A stretch of 64,000 nucleotides of DNA from Elusimicrobiota bacterium (GTDB taxonomy: Bacteria > Elusimicrobiota > Elusimicrobia > UBA1565 > UBA9628). Shown piece after piece: positions 27,398 to 38,013 of the stretch (positions are counted from its first letter, which is position 1; the number at the start of each line of letters is the position of its first letter). The stretch covers positions 11,345-75,344 of the forward strand of contig JACQPJ010000035.1 in assembly GCA_016207605.1 (NCBI GenBank), in the 5' to 3' direction. The notes beneath the pieces are model-generated. The model made no database searches, was not told where the DNA came from, and saw nothing but the letters and a program-made list of their open reading frames with translations. The position numbers and the translations under genes are program-made.

Positions 27398-28542
27398 CGC
27401 GCGTCCTCCACCCACGCCGGGTCGTCGGCCACGGCGCGTCCGGCATCGGCGTCGCGCCAGATGTCGCGCAGGAACTCGACGGTGATGTCGCCGCCGCCCA
27501 GGCCCGCCACGTAGCCCGCGATCTCGCGGCGCGATGGATACAGCGCGGCCTTGATCTCCTGGAAGAAGATGCCCGAGGCGCCGGGGGAATAGCTGCGGTC
27601 CACCACGGCCAGGCGCGCGCGCGGCGGCAGGCAGGCGCGCAGAGCCTGCGTCGGAAACGGCCGGAACACGCGCAGGCGCAGGCAGCCGGCGCGCAGCCCC
27701 TCGGCCCGCAGGGAATCGACGGCCTCCTGCGCCGTCGAGCCGACGGCCCCCGCGGTCACGAGGATTGTCGCGGCGTCCTCGCAGCGGTAGTCCTCCACCA
27801 GGCCGCAGCCCCGGCCGAACTGGGTTTGGAAGTCGCGGCCGGCCGCGGCGATCTCGCCCAGCGCGCGCCGCATGTCGTGGTCGATGCGCCGCCGCAGCCG
27901 GAAGTATTCCTTGGGCATGGTCAGGCCGCCCAGCGATATCGGCCGGGCGGGGTCGAGGATGTCCGGGGGCTGGTAGGGCGGCAGGAAGGCGTCGGCGGCG
28001 GCCTGGGAGGGGACGTCGACGGGCTCGTAGGTGTGCGACAGCGTGAAGCCGTCCAGCACGACCATGGCGGGAAGCCGGACGCGTTCGGCGACGCGGTAGG
28101 CCTGGAGCACCGTGTCGAGCACCTCCTGGCTGGTCGCGCAGTAGAACTGCATCCAGCCCGTGTCGCGCTGGGACAGGGAGTCGGTCTGGTCGGTCCAGAG
28201 GTTCCAGGGCGCGGCCAGCGCGCGGTTGACCTCGACCATGACCACGGGCAGGCGGGCCCCGGCCACCCAATGCAGGAGCTCGTGCATGTAGGCCAAGCCG
28301 TGAGAGGACGTGGACGTGAACGTGCGCGCGCCGACCGAGGCGGCGCCGAGCAGGATTGACATCGCCGAATGCTCGGAGTCGGCCAGCACGAAGCGGCCCT
28401 TGAAGTCGCCCTTGGCCGCAAGCTCGGCGAGCAGCTCCACCGACTGGGTCTGGGGCGTGATGGGGTAGGCCGCCGCGACGTCCACCCGGGCCAGCGCCGC
28501 GCCCAGGGCGGCGGCGTGATTGCCCATGAGGACCTTCTTCAC
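27394..28542 (-). CDS. porA: 2-oxoacid (pyruvate):ferredoxin oxidoreductase alpha subunit
   Basis: MGNHAAALGA...AAYPITPQT and SEHSAMS. GTGA overlap with porD. Confidence 0.85.
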   Translation of the reverse strand: MKKVLMGNHAAALGAALARVDVAAAYPITPQTQSVELLAELAAKGDFKGRFVLADSEHSAMSILLGAASVGARTFTSTSSHGLAYMHELLHWVAGARLPVVMVEVNRALAAPWNLWTDQTDSLSQRDTGWMQFYCATSQEVLDTVLQAYRVAERVRLPAMVVLDGFTLSHTYEPVDVPSQAAADAFLPPYQPPDILDPARPISLGGLTMPKEYFRLRRRIDHDMRRALGEIAAAGRDFQTQFGRGCGLVEDYRCEDAATILVTAGAVGSTAQEAVDSLRAEGLRAGCLRLRVFRPFPTQALRACLPPRARLAVVDRSYSPGASGIFFQEIKAALYPSRREIAGYVAGLGGGDITVEFLRDIWRDADAGRAVADDPAWVEDAR

Positions 28543-28817
28543 GCGGCCTCCTCGGGCTGCATCGCCACGCAGTCTCGCGGGCATTCGGCCGCGCAGATCG
28601 CACAGCCTTTGCAGTAGTCCATCAGGATGACGGGGACCTTGTCCGTCCTTGTCACGCAGGCTTCGGGGCAGTACTTCCAGCAGATCAGGCAGCCGGTGCA
28701 GCGGGCCGCGTCGATGACGGGCCGCTGGCTGCGCCAGTCGCCCGTGCGGTTCTCGGACGTCGGCTGGTCGCCGACCAACTGGACCGGCAGGGCGTCGGTC
28801 GCCTCAACGCGCCGCAC
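28539..28817 (-). CDS. porD: 2-oxoacid:ferredoxin oxidoreductase delta subunit (2x[4Fe-4S] ferredoxin)
   Basis: CTGCLICWKYCP and CKGCAICAAECP cluster motifs. Confidence 0.85.
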   Translation of the reverse strand: MRRVEATDALPVQLVGDQPTSENRTGDWRSQRPVIDAARCTGCLICWKYCPEACVTRTDKVPVILMDYCKGCAICAAECPRDCVAMQPEEAA

Positions 28818-29376
28818 GCGCCGCCTCCCGGAAGACTTCGAACGCCTCCCTAGTCGCGGCCAGGTTGCGCTCCACGGCGGCCGGGACGGCCTCCCGGACC
28901 GCCTGCTCCAGGGCGGGCCAATCGGCCAGGGATAGGATCGCGCAGAGCGCGCCGCAGATGGCCGTGTTGACCAGGGGGCTTGCCGGCGTGCCCAGCCCGT
29001 GCGTCAGCGCGATGCGCCGGGCCGGCACGGCGATCACGCGCCGGCCGGGCCAGCGCGCGGCCAGCGTCTCGCGCGGCAGTTCCGAGTTGACGATGACCAG
29101 CCCGTCGGGCTTGAGGCCTGCCGTCACGGCCGGGCTTGCGGCGAATGCGGGGTCCAGGAGCACCACGGCGTCGGGCTCGTAGATGCGGCTGCGCACGCGG
29201 ATGGGCTTTTCAGAGATGCGGGCGTAGGCCAGGACCGGGGCGCCGCGCCGCTCGACGCCGAACTCGGGAATGGCCAGGCACTGCCCGCGCCCGGAGTTCA
29301 GCACCGCCTCGGCGATGATCTTGGCCGCGACCACGGTGCCCTGCCCGCCGCGGCCATGAAACCGAATTTCGAGCAC
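28804..29376 (-). CDS. porG: 2-oxoacid:ferredoxin oxidoreductase gamma subunit
   Basis: IRFHGRGGQGTVVAAKIIAEA and FGVERRGAP. Confidence 0.85.
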   Translation of the reverse strand: MLEIRFHGRGGQGTVVAAKIIAEAVLNSGRGQCLAIPEFGVERRGAPVLAYARISEKPIRVRSRIYEPDAVVLLDPAFAASPAVTAGLKPDGLVIVNSELPRETLAARWPGRRVIAVPARRIALTHGLGTPASPLVNTAICGALCAILSLADWPALEQAVREAVPAAVERNLAATREAFEVFREAARAAR

Positions 29377-29420
29377 GCCCTGTCGCGAAGCAACAGAACA
29401 GCCTCGGACAGGCTTCTGGT

Positions 29421-29876
29421 TTAAGACCGAAAGGGGCCGATCTCTCCCGGTTTGCGCAGCATCTTGTTGACCTCGTCGAGGTGCAGCTCCTCGCCGACGA
29501 TCATCTCGCGCGCGTACTCCTCCAGGAGCACGGATTTCCCCTCGGAGGCCTTCAGCAGTTCGCGGTAGGCCCGGATCGCGGCGTTCTCGTGCTCGAGGCT
29601 CTCGCGCAGGATGTCGCCGATGTCGTGCTTCTCGGTCTCGAGCAAGGGCCCGATCTTCAGGGACGGATGCCCGCCGAACAAGGTCACGAGCTCGCCCGCC
29701 TTATGGGCGTGGAGCAGGCTCTCGTCGGCGTTGCCCTTGAGCCAGGAGACGATCGGGAGGCGGTTGTAGCCGTAGACCATCAGCGAGTAGTGCGTATAGC
29801 GCACGACGCCCGCCAGCTCCAGCTCCATGATCCGGTTGAGGATGGCGACGACTTTTCTCTTGGCTTGATCGTTCAT
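29421..29876 (-). CDS. bfr: Bacterioferritin-like (ferritin-like di-iron) protein
   Basis: 151 aa. LNRIMELELAGVVRYTHY, ESLEHENAAIRAY and EEYAREMIVGEELHLDE. Start chosen at MNDQAK. Confidence 0.75.
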   Translation of the reverse strand: MNDQAKRKVVAILNRIMELELAGVVRYTHYSLMVYGYNRLPIVSWLKGNADESLLHAHKAGELVTLFGGHPSLKIGPLLETEKHDIGDILRESLEHENAAIRAYRELLKASEGKSVLLEEYAREMIVGEELHLDEVNKMLRKPGEIGPFRS

Positions 29877-29935
29877 AGGGGATCCTCCGGGAGGTCGTTT
29901 CACGAGGGGGAGTCTATCACTTTGCGGCGGGCCAG

Positions 29936-31741
<1,806 letters not shown>

Positions 31742-31834
31742 GAGGGGGGATGCGGACGGAAAGTATAGCCTATCGCTTGTCCCGACGGAGAATGCAAAAT
31801 GCGGGAACTTTTTGGCACCCCCAAGCGTATATAA

Positions 31835-32479
31835 GTGGAAGCCCCGGAACCGGAGCGGGCATATGATAATATCGCCTTCACATCCGCTATGACCCTGGAA
31901 TTAATCCCGGAACATCTCCGTAAGCTCTACGAGGTTCACGAATGGAAGCATGCCTGCGCCATTCTGAAGAACGATTTCCTGTCGGAGTGGAATGACATCC
32001 TTGAGGTGCTTGCCGCCTTCCGGCTCCACAAGACGGACATCAAGACGCCCGGCGGCGGGAAATCTCCGATCTCCAATAAGCTGGATGGGGAGTTTCTCAG
32101 GCGGGGCTGGATTGAAAAGGCCTTCGACACGAAAGTCGTCGTCGACAAAAAAGCCCGCGAAAATCCTGCGCATAAAATCGACTGCTACAAGAACCAGATC
32201 GCCTTGGAAATCGAATGGAACAACAAGGATCCATTCTATGATCGCGATTTGAACAATTTCCGTATTCTCTTCGAACTTCGGGCCATCAGCGTCGGTGTCA
32301 TCGTCACGCGCTGCGATGCGCTTCAAGGCATTTTTGATCGCCTAGGCAAGGGCGATTCCTACGGAAACTCAACCACGCACATGAGCAAATTGCTGCCTCG
32401 CATCGAGGGCGGCGGAGGCGGCGGATGCCCCATCGTGGTGTTCGGAATCACGGACAAGCTGTATCTGGACGGCAAATGA
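31835..32479 (+). CDS. Type II restriction endonuclease, BamHI/BglII-like fold
   Basis: KIDCYKNQIALEIEWNN gives the D-x8-E-x-E catalytic spacing seen in BamHI/BglII (DIDFGKRDTLVEVQF). ATGA overlap with the downstream methyltransferase. Confidence 0.6.
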   Translation: MEAPEPERAYDNIAFTSAMTLELIPEHLRKLYEVHEWKHACAILKNDFLSEWNDILEVLAAFRLHKTDIKTPGGGKSPISNKLDGEFLRRGWIEKAFDTKVVVDKKARENPAHKIDCYKNQIALEIEWNNKDPFYDRDLNNFRILFELRAISVGVIVTRCDALQGIFDRLGKGDSYGNSTTHMSKLLPRIEGGGGGGCPIVVFGITDKLYLDGK

Positions 32480-33225
32480 ACGCGCGTCGAAAAGCCGGCT
32501 CAACGCATTCCATCGTTGCCGAGGATCTTCTCTCCCTTGGGATGGAGAAATTCGGCACCATTCTCGCCGACCCGCCTTGGCAGTTCGCCAACCGCACCGG
32601 AAAGATGGCTCCCGAGCACAAGCGCCTCTCCCGCTACTCAACCATGACCCACCAAGAGATCATGGAGCTCCCCATCCCGCAAATGGCCCTGCCCAAGTGC
32701 CACCTGTATTTGTGGGTCCCCAACGCCCTCATCCTCGAAGGCCTGGAAGTCATGCGCCGCTGGGGCTTCCAGTATAAGACGAACATCGTCTGGTACAAAA
32801 TCCGGAAGGACGGCGGTCCCGACGGCCGCGGAGTCGGCTTCTACTTTCGCAACGTCACGGAGCTCATCCTTTTCGGCGTGCGCGGCTCCATGCGCACGTT
32901 GAATCCGGGCCGCACCCAAGTCAACCTTCTCAGCACCCGCAAGCGCGAACACTCCCGCAAGCCCGATGAGCTCTACGACATCATCGAGCGCTGCAGCCCC
33001 GGCCCCTACCTGGAACTATTCGCCCGCCATTCCCGCCCCAAATGGTCCCAATGGGGCAACGAGATCGGCACCGACGCCGTCCGCCAGCCCTACGCCAGCA
33101 CGTATTCACGGCCTATGTCGCAGGAGATTCTTCTCTTGGATAAGGCCAATGGCGACCATTGCAACGGTGGCGGGCATGGGGTTATCCAGGCGCGCCGCAA
33201 GTTGGTGGGAGCCGCCTCGAAGTAG
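32476..33225 (+). CDS. MT-A70 family DNA methyltransferase (DPPW motif)
   Basis: ILADPPWQF, LYLWVPN, NIVWYK, FGVRG, HSRKPDELYDIIE. Confidence 0.85.
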   Translation: MNARRKAGSTHSIVAEDLLSLGMEKFGTILADPPWQFANRTGKMAPEHKRLSRYSTMTHQEIMELPIPQMALPKCHLYLWVPNALILEGLEVMRRWGFQYKTNIVWYKIRKDGGPDGRGVGFYFRNVTELILFGVRGSMRTLNPGRTQVNLLSTRKREHSRKPDELYDIIERCSPGPYLELFARHSRPKWSQWGNEIGTDAVRQPYASTYSRPMSQEILLLDKANGDHCNGGGHGVIQARRKLVGAASK

Positions 33226-33249
33226 AATAGGAATGTTCAGCTTCGAGTC

Positions 33250-33738
33250 TTAGATGTTCGCTGGAGGCGGAAACATCTGCCGCATAGCACTAGACGCAGT
33301 GTCTCTTATTTCATTCGCAAGACTCGTCAGATCTGTGATGCTGAACTCTTCGAATCCATGGTGCAATCCCTTCTTCTGTTTAGCGGTTGTCTTTATTCGG
33401 AAGAGTTTTGGAGCGGCCTCAGCTTTCCTGTCCATCGACCAAAGTGAGTGTGTAACCAAATTTCTACGCATCTCAAGATTCTCGCATTTTAGAATGAGTG
33501 CATCCAGGGACGTTGGTTTAATATGCGGAGGTACGGCCGGCAGTTTATTCCAGTGCTTCACTAAGGAGCTAAGCAATTTCAATTTCTGACGGAACGACTG
33601 TTCGGATGTAACCATTAGGCCGACGTCTATATGAACTTTCATGAGCTCGATAATGATTATCCCGATATAGAAATCGAGGCTCGCGAAATTTGTGGTGACG
33701 CGGCCAACCTCCTTTAAAACTTCATCGCTCAGTGCCAT
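33250..33738 (-). CDS. Hypothetical all-helical protein with HEPN-like R-N-x3-H motif
   Basis: 162-aa ORF, among the longest in the A+T-rich segment. ENLEMRRNLVTHSLW fits the HEPN Rx4-6H signature. Confidence 0.5.
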   Translation of the reverse strand: MALSDEVLKEVGRVTTNFASLDFYIGIIIIELMKVHIDVGLMVTSEQSFRQKLKLLSSLVKHWNKLPAVPPHIKPTSLDALILKCENLEMRRNLVTHSLWSMDRKAEAAPKLFRIKTTAKQKKGLHHGFEEFSITDLTSLANEIRDTASSAMRQMFPPPANI

Positions 33739-33829
33739 GCATATCTCTTATGGCCATCTCAGCCGCCGCAACTTCAATTCTCCATCCAGGACTTATCCCT
33801 CTTCGCAAAAGGCTCTTAAAACGAGCCTT

Positions 33830-34459
33830 TTATTGATCTGTTTGCGGATCGCCTGGAAAAGCTATTTCGTGACGAGTCCGTTTCCCAATGGCATCCCGTC
33901 GGGCTCTTTCTTTTATGATGCTGATAGATGGTTTGAAAGAGAATTGCTCCATTGTGCAAGTTGGCGTTGGGCACTGCGCCCACTCTTCCGATGCAGTATA
34001 AGTTTTTGGAAGTTCAAGCAATGGAGCCTCACATTTTGGACAGCGAGGGTCGCCAAGTTGAATATATCTATTCCCCTGTTGATCGGCATACAAAACCGGG
34101 ATCCACTCAGCAGGTTCATGAAAAAATTTTGGCCCCGGAAACATTTTGGGGTATTCATCTAATGAAGGACATTTATGCTTTCGTAGTTTCCTCAGTTCCA
34201 TATCTTGCCGCCACGCAATTACTAACAGCGTTATGGTGGATACTACGATTACCAGAACGGCAAAAAGAGAAATACGAGCCCATGTCGCGTTTAGCGGCAT
34301 GGGAGTTTGGGGGCTATTCCATGCTGCTATGATTATACGTTTTAGTACTGGCAAAAGAGCGAGTGCTGCCGTGCCCCATGCTGCTGATACTAACGAGTTC
34401 CATCCGCCTTCTACTACAGAGCCGATTAGCCAGGAGCCCTTTTTCTTTATTGTCATCAC
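33830..34459 (-). CDS. Hypothetical 2-TM protein with C-terminal zinc-ribbon-like domain
   Basis: 209 aa. Hydrophobic helices LVSAAWGTAALALLPVL and ISLFAVLVIVVSTITLLVIAW, plus CPKC...CPTPTC. Confidence 0.5.
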   Translation of the reverse strand: MMTIKKKGSWLIGSVVEGGWNSLVSAAWGTAALALLPVLKRIIIAAWNSPQTPMPLNATWARISLFAVLVIVVSTITLLVIAWRQDMELRKLRKHKCPSLDEYPKMFPGPKFFHEPAEWIPVLYADQQGNRYIQLGDPRCPKCEAPLLELPKTYTASEEWAQCPTPTCTMEQFSFKPSISIIKERARRDAIGKRTRHEIAFPGDPQTDQ

Positions 34460-34575
34460 GAGATTCTACAAATCCACTCAGCAAGGTGTAATACAAAGTG
34501 AAGCCCTTTGGTAGACCCATATTGGAGGGCTGGACTTTGCCGCCCGTCTTTAAGGTGGAGCTCTCCTCCTTTTGA

Positions 34576-36423
34576 CTATTTCGGGCGGCGTTTAAACGCC
34601 AGCTTTTTGCGGGGGAATTTGCGGCGGGCGGTGTCTTGGAGGGCTAAGCGCTTGGCGAGGGCGGTGTTGGCGGCGATTTGGAGTTGGACGGAGGGGTTGT
34701 GGGGGGAGAGGGCTTGGGCGCGGGAGGCGAGGCGGCGGGCTTGGAGGAGGTCGCCGGAGGCGCGGGAGGCTTGGGTCCAGGCGATGAGGTTTTGGAGGTC
34801 GAGGGGGGTTAGGGCGTTTTGGAGTTCGCGCTCTTGGGCGGCGGCGGGCCAGTCTTGGAGGGCGGCGTAGGCTTGGGCGCGGTGGGCGTGGAGGGCGGGG
34901 AAGCCGGGGGAGACGCGCTCAAGGCGGGCGTAGGCGGCGAGGGCTTCTTGGGGTTTGTTTTGGTCGAAGAGGATTTGGCCGCGCAGGTCCAGGGCGGCGG
35001 GGTAGGCGGCGCTGCCGGGCCAGACGCGGGTGGCTTGGGCGAGGGCGCTGCCCAAGTCGCCGGCGCGGGCCGCGGCCAGGGCTTGGCCGTAGCGGACGTC
35101 GGAGACAAGCCAGAGGCCGGGCGCGGCGGCCAGGAGGGCGATGAGGGCGAGGGCGGGGGCGCGCAGGCGGCAGCGGGTCGCCTCATCGAAAGGCAAGGGG
35201 AGGGCGAGGACGGCGGCGCGGGGCTGGGCGAGGCTTCCCATGCCGGCGGCAATACCGGCGGCGGCCCAGGCCAGCCAGGCGCCCGCGCCGGAGGGCGGGG
35301 TGAGGCCCAGCGCGCGGGAGAGGGCCCAGGCCGAGAAGGCGGCGGCGAAGGCGGCGGCGTAGCCGGCCTCGGCCAAGGCGCCGCGGCGGCGCAGGCTCCA
35401 GGCCGCGCCGAAGCCGCAGGCGGCGGCGGCCAGGGCGGTCCAGGCGAGCAGGACGAGGCTTGCAGGATTCAGGGTGGAGCTTTGCAGGAGCGCGTCTTGC
35501 GCCTGGGGGGCGGCGATGGCGGCCAGGGCCGCGCTGGCGAGGGCGAGCAGCGCGGCGCGGCGGGCGGCTTGGCCGCGCAGGATCGCGGTGCTGGCGGCGG
35601 CGAAGAGTACGGCCGAGAGGGCGAAGGCGGCCAGGCCGGCGCCGCTGCGCGCGGCGAGCAAGGCGAGGGCGGCGGCGGCCGCGGCGGAGAGCAGGCGGCT
35701 TGCGCGCGAGGCTTCCGGGTCCAATTGGGCGGCGAGGGCGATGGGAAGTGCTGCGGCCGCGAAAGAGGGGAACGGTTCTTTTATGAGCGCGGCCGCGGGC
35801 AGGGCCGCGGCGGCGGTCCAAAAAGACAGGCGGGCGGCGGAGCGCGCGCCGCCGAACTCCAGGAGCGCGGCGGCGTAGACGACGCCGGCCGACAGGGCCG
35901 GGACCAGGTCGGGCAGCAGGGCTGTTTTTGAAGGCGCGGCGGCGAAGCGCGCCAGCGTCCAGGCGGCCAGCGCCAGCAGGGGGAGCAGCGCCGCTTTGGC
36001 GGCGGCGGGGGCCTCCCAACGCCCGCGCTCCAGTCCCTTGAGCAGCCAGGCGGCGGCCAGGGCCAGGGCGCAGATCTCCAGGAGCGCGGCGTCGGGCGCG
36101 GCGGGGGCGAAGGCGCGCACGGCGGCCAGCAGGGGCGCCAGGAAGACGAGGGCGAGCAGGGCCTTCTCGCCGAGGGACGGCCGGTCGAAGCCTTGGGCGG
36201 GGGCCGGCACGGGCGTTGGGGCGGCGGCCTTGGCGGCGGCGAGGAGTTTTTCTTTTAGGGAGTCCGGAGCGCGCGGGGCGGGCGCGGGGGCCGGCGCGGG
36301 CTTGGCGAGGGCGCGGCAGTTCGGGCAGGCGGCGAGATGCGCCTGCGCGGCCTTCCTGAGGCTTGGCGAGAGGCGGTTTTCTGCGTGCAAATCTTGGACG
36401 TTGATGAAGGCATGGCAGTTCAT
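34576..36423 (-). CDS. Anti-sigma factor (zf-HC2) fused to polytopic Ala/Leu-rich membrane domain and C-terminal TPR repeats
   Basis: ATGA overlap with the sigma gene. The N-terminus MNCHAF...H-x3-C-x2-C (HLAACPNC) is followed by many hydrophobic segments and a TPR-like C-terminus. The track ORF extension to 36768 is rejected. Confidence 0.7.
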   Translation of the reverse strand: MNCHAFINVQDLHAENRLSPSLRKAAQAHLAACPNCRALAKPAPAPAPAPRAPDSLKEKLLAAAKAAAPTPVPAPAQGFDRPSLGEKALLALVFLAPLLAAVRAFAPAAPDAALLEICALALAAAWLLKGLERGRWEAPAAAKAALLPLLALAAWTLARFAAAPSKTALLPDLVPALSAGVVYAAALLEFGGARSAARLSFWTAAAALPAAALIKEPFPSFAAAALPIALAAQLDPEASRASRLLSAAAAAALALLAARSGAGLAAFALSAVLFAAASTAILRGQAARRAALLALASAALAAIAAPQAQDALLQSSTLNPASLVLLAWTALAAAACGFGAAWSLRRRGALAEAGYAAAFAAAFSAWALSRALGLTPPSGAGAWLAWAAAGIAAGMGSLAQPRAAVLALPLPFDEATRCRLRAPALALIALLAAAPGLWLVSDVRYGQALAAARAGDLGSALAQATRVWPGSAAYPAALDLRGQILFDQNKPQEALAAYARLERVSPGFPALHAHRAQAYAALQDWPAAAQERELQNALTPLDLQNLIAWTQASRASGDLLQARRLASRAQALSPHNPSVQLQIAANTALAKRLALQDTARRKFPRKKLAFKRRPK

Positions 36424-36935
36424 GAGAGCAGCTCCTTGAGTCGTCCCCGTCCGCGGTGCAGCCTGACGTCCAGCGCCGAGAGCGAGCAGCCCAGCGCGGC
36501 GGCGGCGTCCTCGCGCGGGGAGCCTTCCAGGTCCACCATCGCCACGGCCAGGCGCAGGGGCGGGCTTAGGCGGGCGAGCGCGCATTGCACGCGGTCGGCG
36601 TCTTCGCCCTGCTCGGCGCGGCGCTCGGGGCCGGGGGCGGCGTCGGCCAGGGCGTCCTCCAGGGAGCCGGCGTCCTCGCCGTCCCTGGCGGAGAGCGGGA
36701 CCGAGCGGCGCGCGGCTTCCTTGCGCAGGGAGCTCAGGTAGACGTTGCGCAGGATTTGGCTCAGCCACGCCTCGAAAGGCAGGCCGGGGTCGTAGGTCGC
36801 GAAGTATTTCATGGCGCGCAGGAACGCCTCCTGGACGACGTCGCCCGCGTCCGCCGGGCTGCCGGTCAGGCGCAGGGCCACGGCGTAGGCCTTGTCGGCG
36901 TGCAGGGCGATCAGGCGGTCGAGCTCGACGTCCAC
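36420..36935 (-). CDS. ECF (sigma-70 family group 4) RNA polymerase sigma factor
   Basis: Region 2: DAGDVVQEAFLRAMKYF...FEAWLSQILRNV. Region 4: LRLAVAMVDLEGSPREDAAAALGCSLSALDVRLHRGR. Confidence 0.85.
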   Translation of the reverse strand: MDVELDRLIALHADKAYAVALRLTGSPADAGDVVQEAFLRAMKYFATYDPGLPFEAWLSQILRNVYLSSLRKEAARRSVPLSARDGEDAGSLEDALADAAPGPERRAEQGEDADRVQCALARLSPPLRLAVAMVDLEGSPREDAAAALGCSLSALDVRLHRGRGRLKELLS

Positions 36936-37047
36936 CGTGTCTCTTATACCTGGGAGGGGGCCGGAAACTTACAGTCCGGGGGCCCCGGATTATAACAAGG
37001 AGCCCCCCGCGTGCGGCGGGGGACTCCCGGTTGTCTGATCGCCGCGT

Positions 37048-37920
37048 CTACTGCAGGCTGGCCTTCTTCTCGGAAAGGAGGCCGCGAAGGCTCTCCAAGC
37101 CACCCGTCAACTCGGCGACGAGCACCGGCTCCTTCTCCACTTGGAGGCGTCCGGCCAGCAGAGCCTCGCCCTGCGCGGCGTCTATGACCTTGGCGAGAGC
37201 CGCTTTTCTCACGGCGACGGCCGCCAGGCGGCGGGTCTGCGCGTCGGGGCTCTCCAAGCCCTTGCGCAAGTGTTCGATCCTCGCCAGGCGGGGGCGCGCC
37301 GCCATCGCCGCCAGGCCGCGGCGAAACTGAGCGTTATCGGCCGTTTTCATATGCGCGTTAAGGAGCGGCGCGCTGATCCAGGGCAACTTGGCGTTGGACT
37401 CCAGGAGCCCGGCCTGCTCCAGGTTCTCCAAGATGAGGCCCAAGACGTCCGGGTCCTTGTAGTCCTGCAGAGCGACGGCGCAGCCGGCGATGAGCCGGGC
37501 GTTGTCGGTGGACTTGAGCAGGGTCGTGATGGCGTCGCGCGCCTTGAGGCCGCCGGCGCGGCGGAGGGCCTGGGGAAGGAGCGCATCGGGGATCATCCCC
37601 TTGTCGGCGAGCTCCAGCACTTTCGCGTACACCTCCGGGCCGCGCGCGCCGCCCGTGCCCAGGCGGGCGAGAATCTCCTCGCGCAATTCGCTCGGGCCCT
37701 CCTCGAGAATCCGCAGGACGTCGGCCTTGTCCCGCGGCGCGGGCGCCTTGGCGACGGGATCGGGCGCCGAGACGGGCGAGGCTTCGGCGGCGGGCAGGAG
37801 CTTCCCGGTTTTGACCGGGTCCGGCGTTTGCGCCAGCCGACTCAGTTCCAGGTACTTATGGCCGGCTCCTGCGGCGGCGACGACCGCGACGATTCCCGCG
37901 GCGGCTTTGAGGCGATTCAT
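37048..37920 (-). CDS. Hypothetical exported/anchored helical-repeat (HEAT-like) protein
   Basis: 290 aa. N-terminal hydrophobic anchor, then repetitive helical segments. First gene of the sigma/anti-sigma operon. Confidence 0.5.
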   Translation of the reverse strand: MNRLKAAAGIVAVVAAAGAGHKYLELSRLAQTPDPVKTGKLLPAAEASPVSAPDPVAKAPAPRDKADVLRILEEGPSELREEILARLGTGGARGPEVYAKVLELADKGMIPDALLPQALRRAGGLKARDAITTLLKSTDNARLIAGCAVALQDYKDPDVLGLILENLEQAGLLESNAKLPWISAPLLNAHMKTADNAQFRRGLAAMAARPRLARIEHLRKGLESPDAQTRRLAAVAVRKAALAKVIDAAQGEALLAGRLQVEKEPVLVAELTGGLESLRGLLSEKKASLQ

Positions 37921-38013
37921 ATGGTTTCTCCGGGCGGGTTTCGGAGCCTCTGATGCGAAGCGGGCTCCGCGCCCATCCGTGATACGCGGACGGGCCGGAA
38001 AAACTTACAGACC

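Noticed and set aside
26534-28603. 689-aa ORF apparently fusing the PFOR alpha and beta subunits
   Set aside because: Only the C-terminal 287 aa (from GTG 27397) match PorB. PorA is encoded in another frame (27394..28542). The upstream part of the long ORF is low-complexity read-through.
33692-34162. 156-aa plus-strand ORF, and other plus-strand ORFs in the A+T-rich islet
   Set aside because: Ser/Phe/Trp/Arg-rich, implausible composition. They overlap the longer and more protein-like minus-strand ORFs.
34576-36768. 730-aa version of the anti-sigma ORF
   Set aside because: The N-terminal 115 codons overlap the ECF sigma gene in another frame and are Arg/Pro-rich. The ATGA-coupled start at 36423 gives the canonical zf-HC2 N-terminus.
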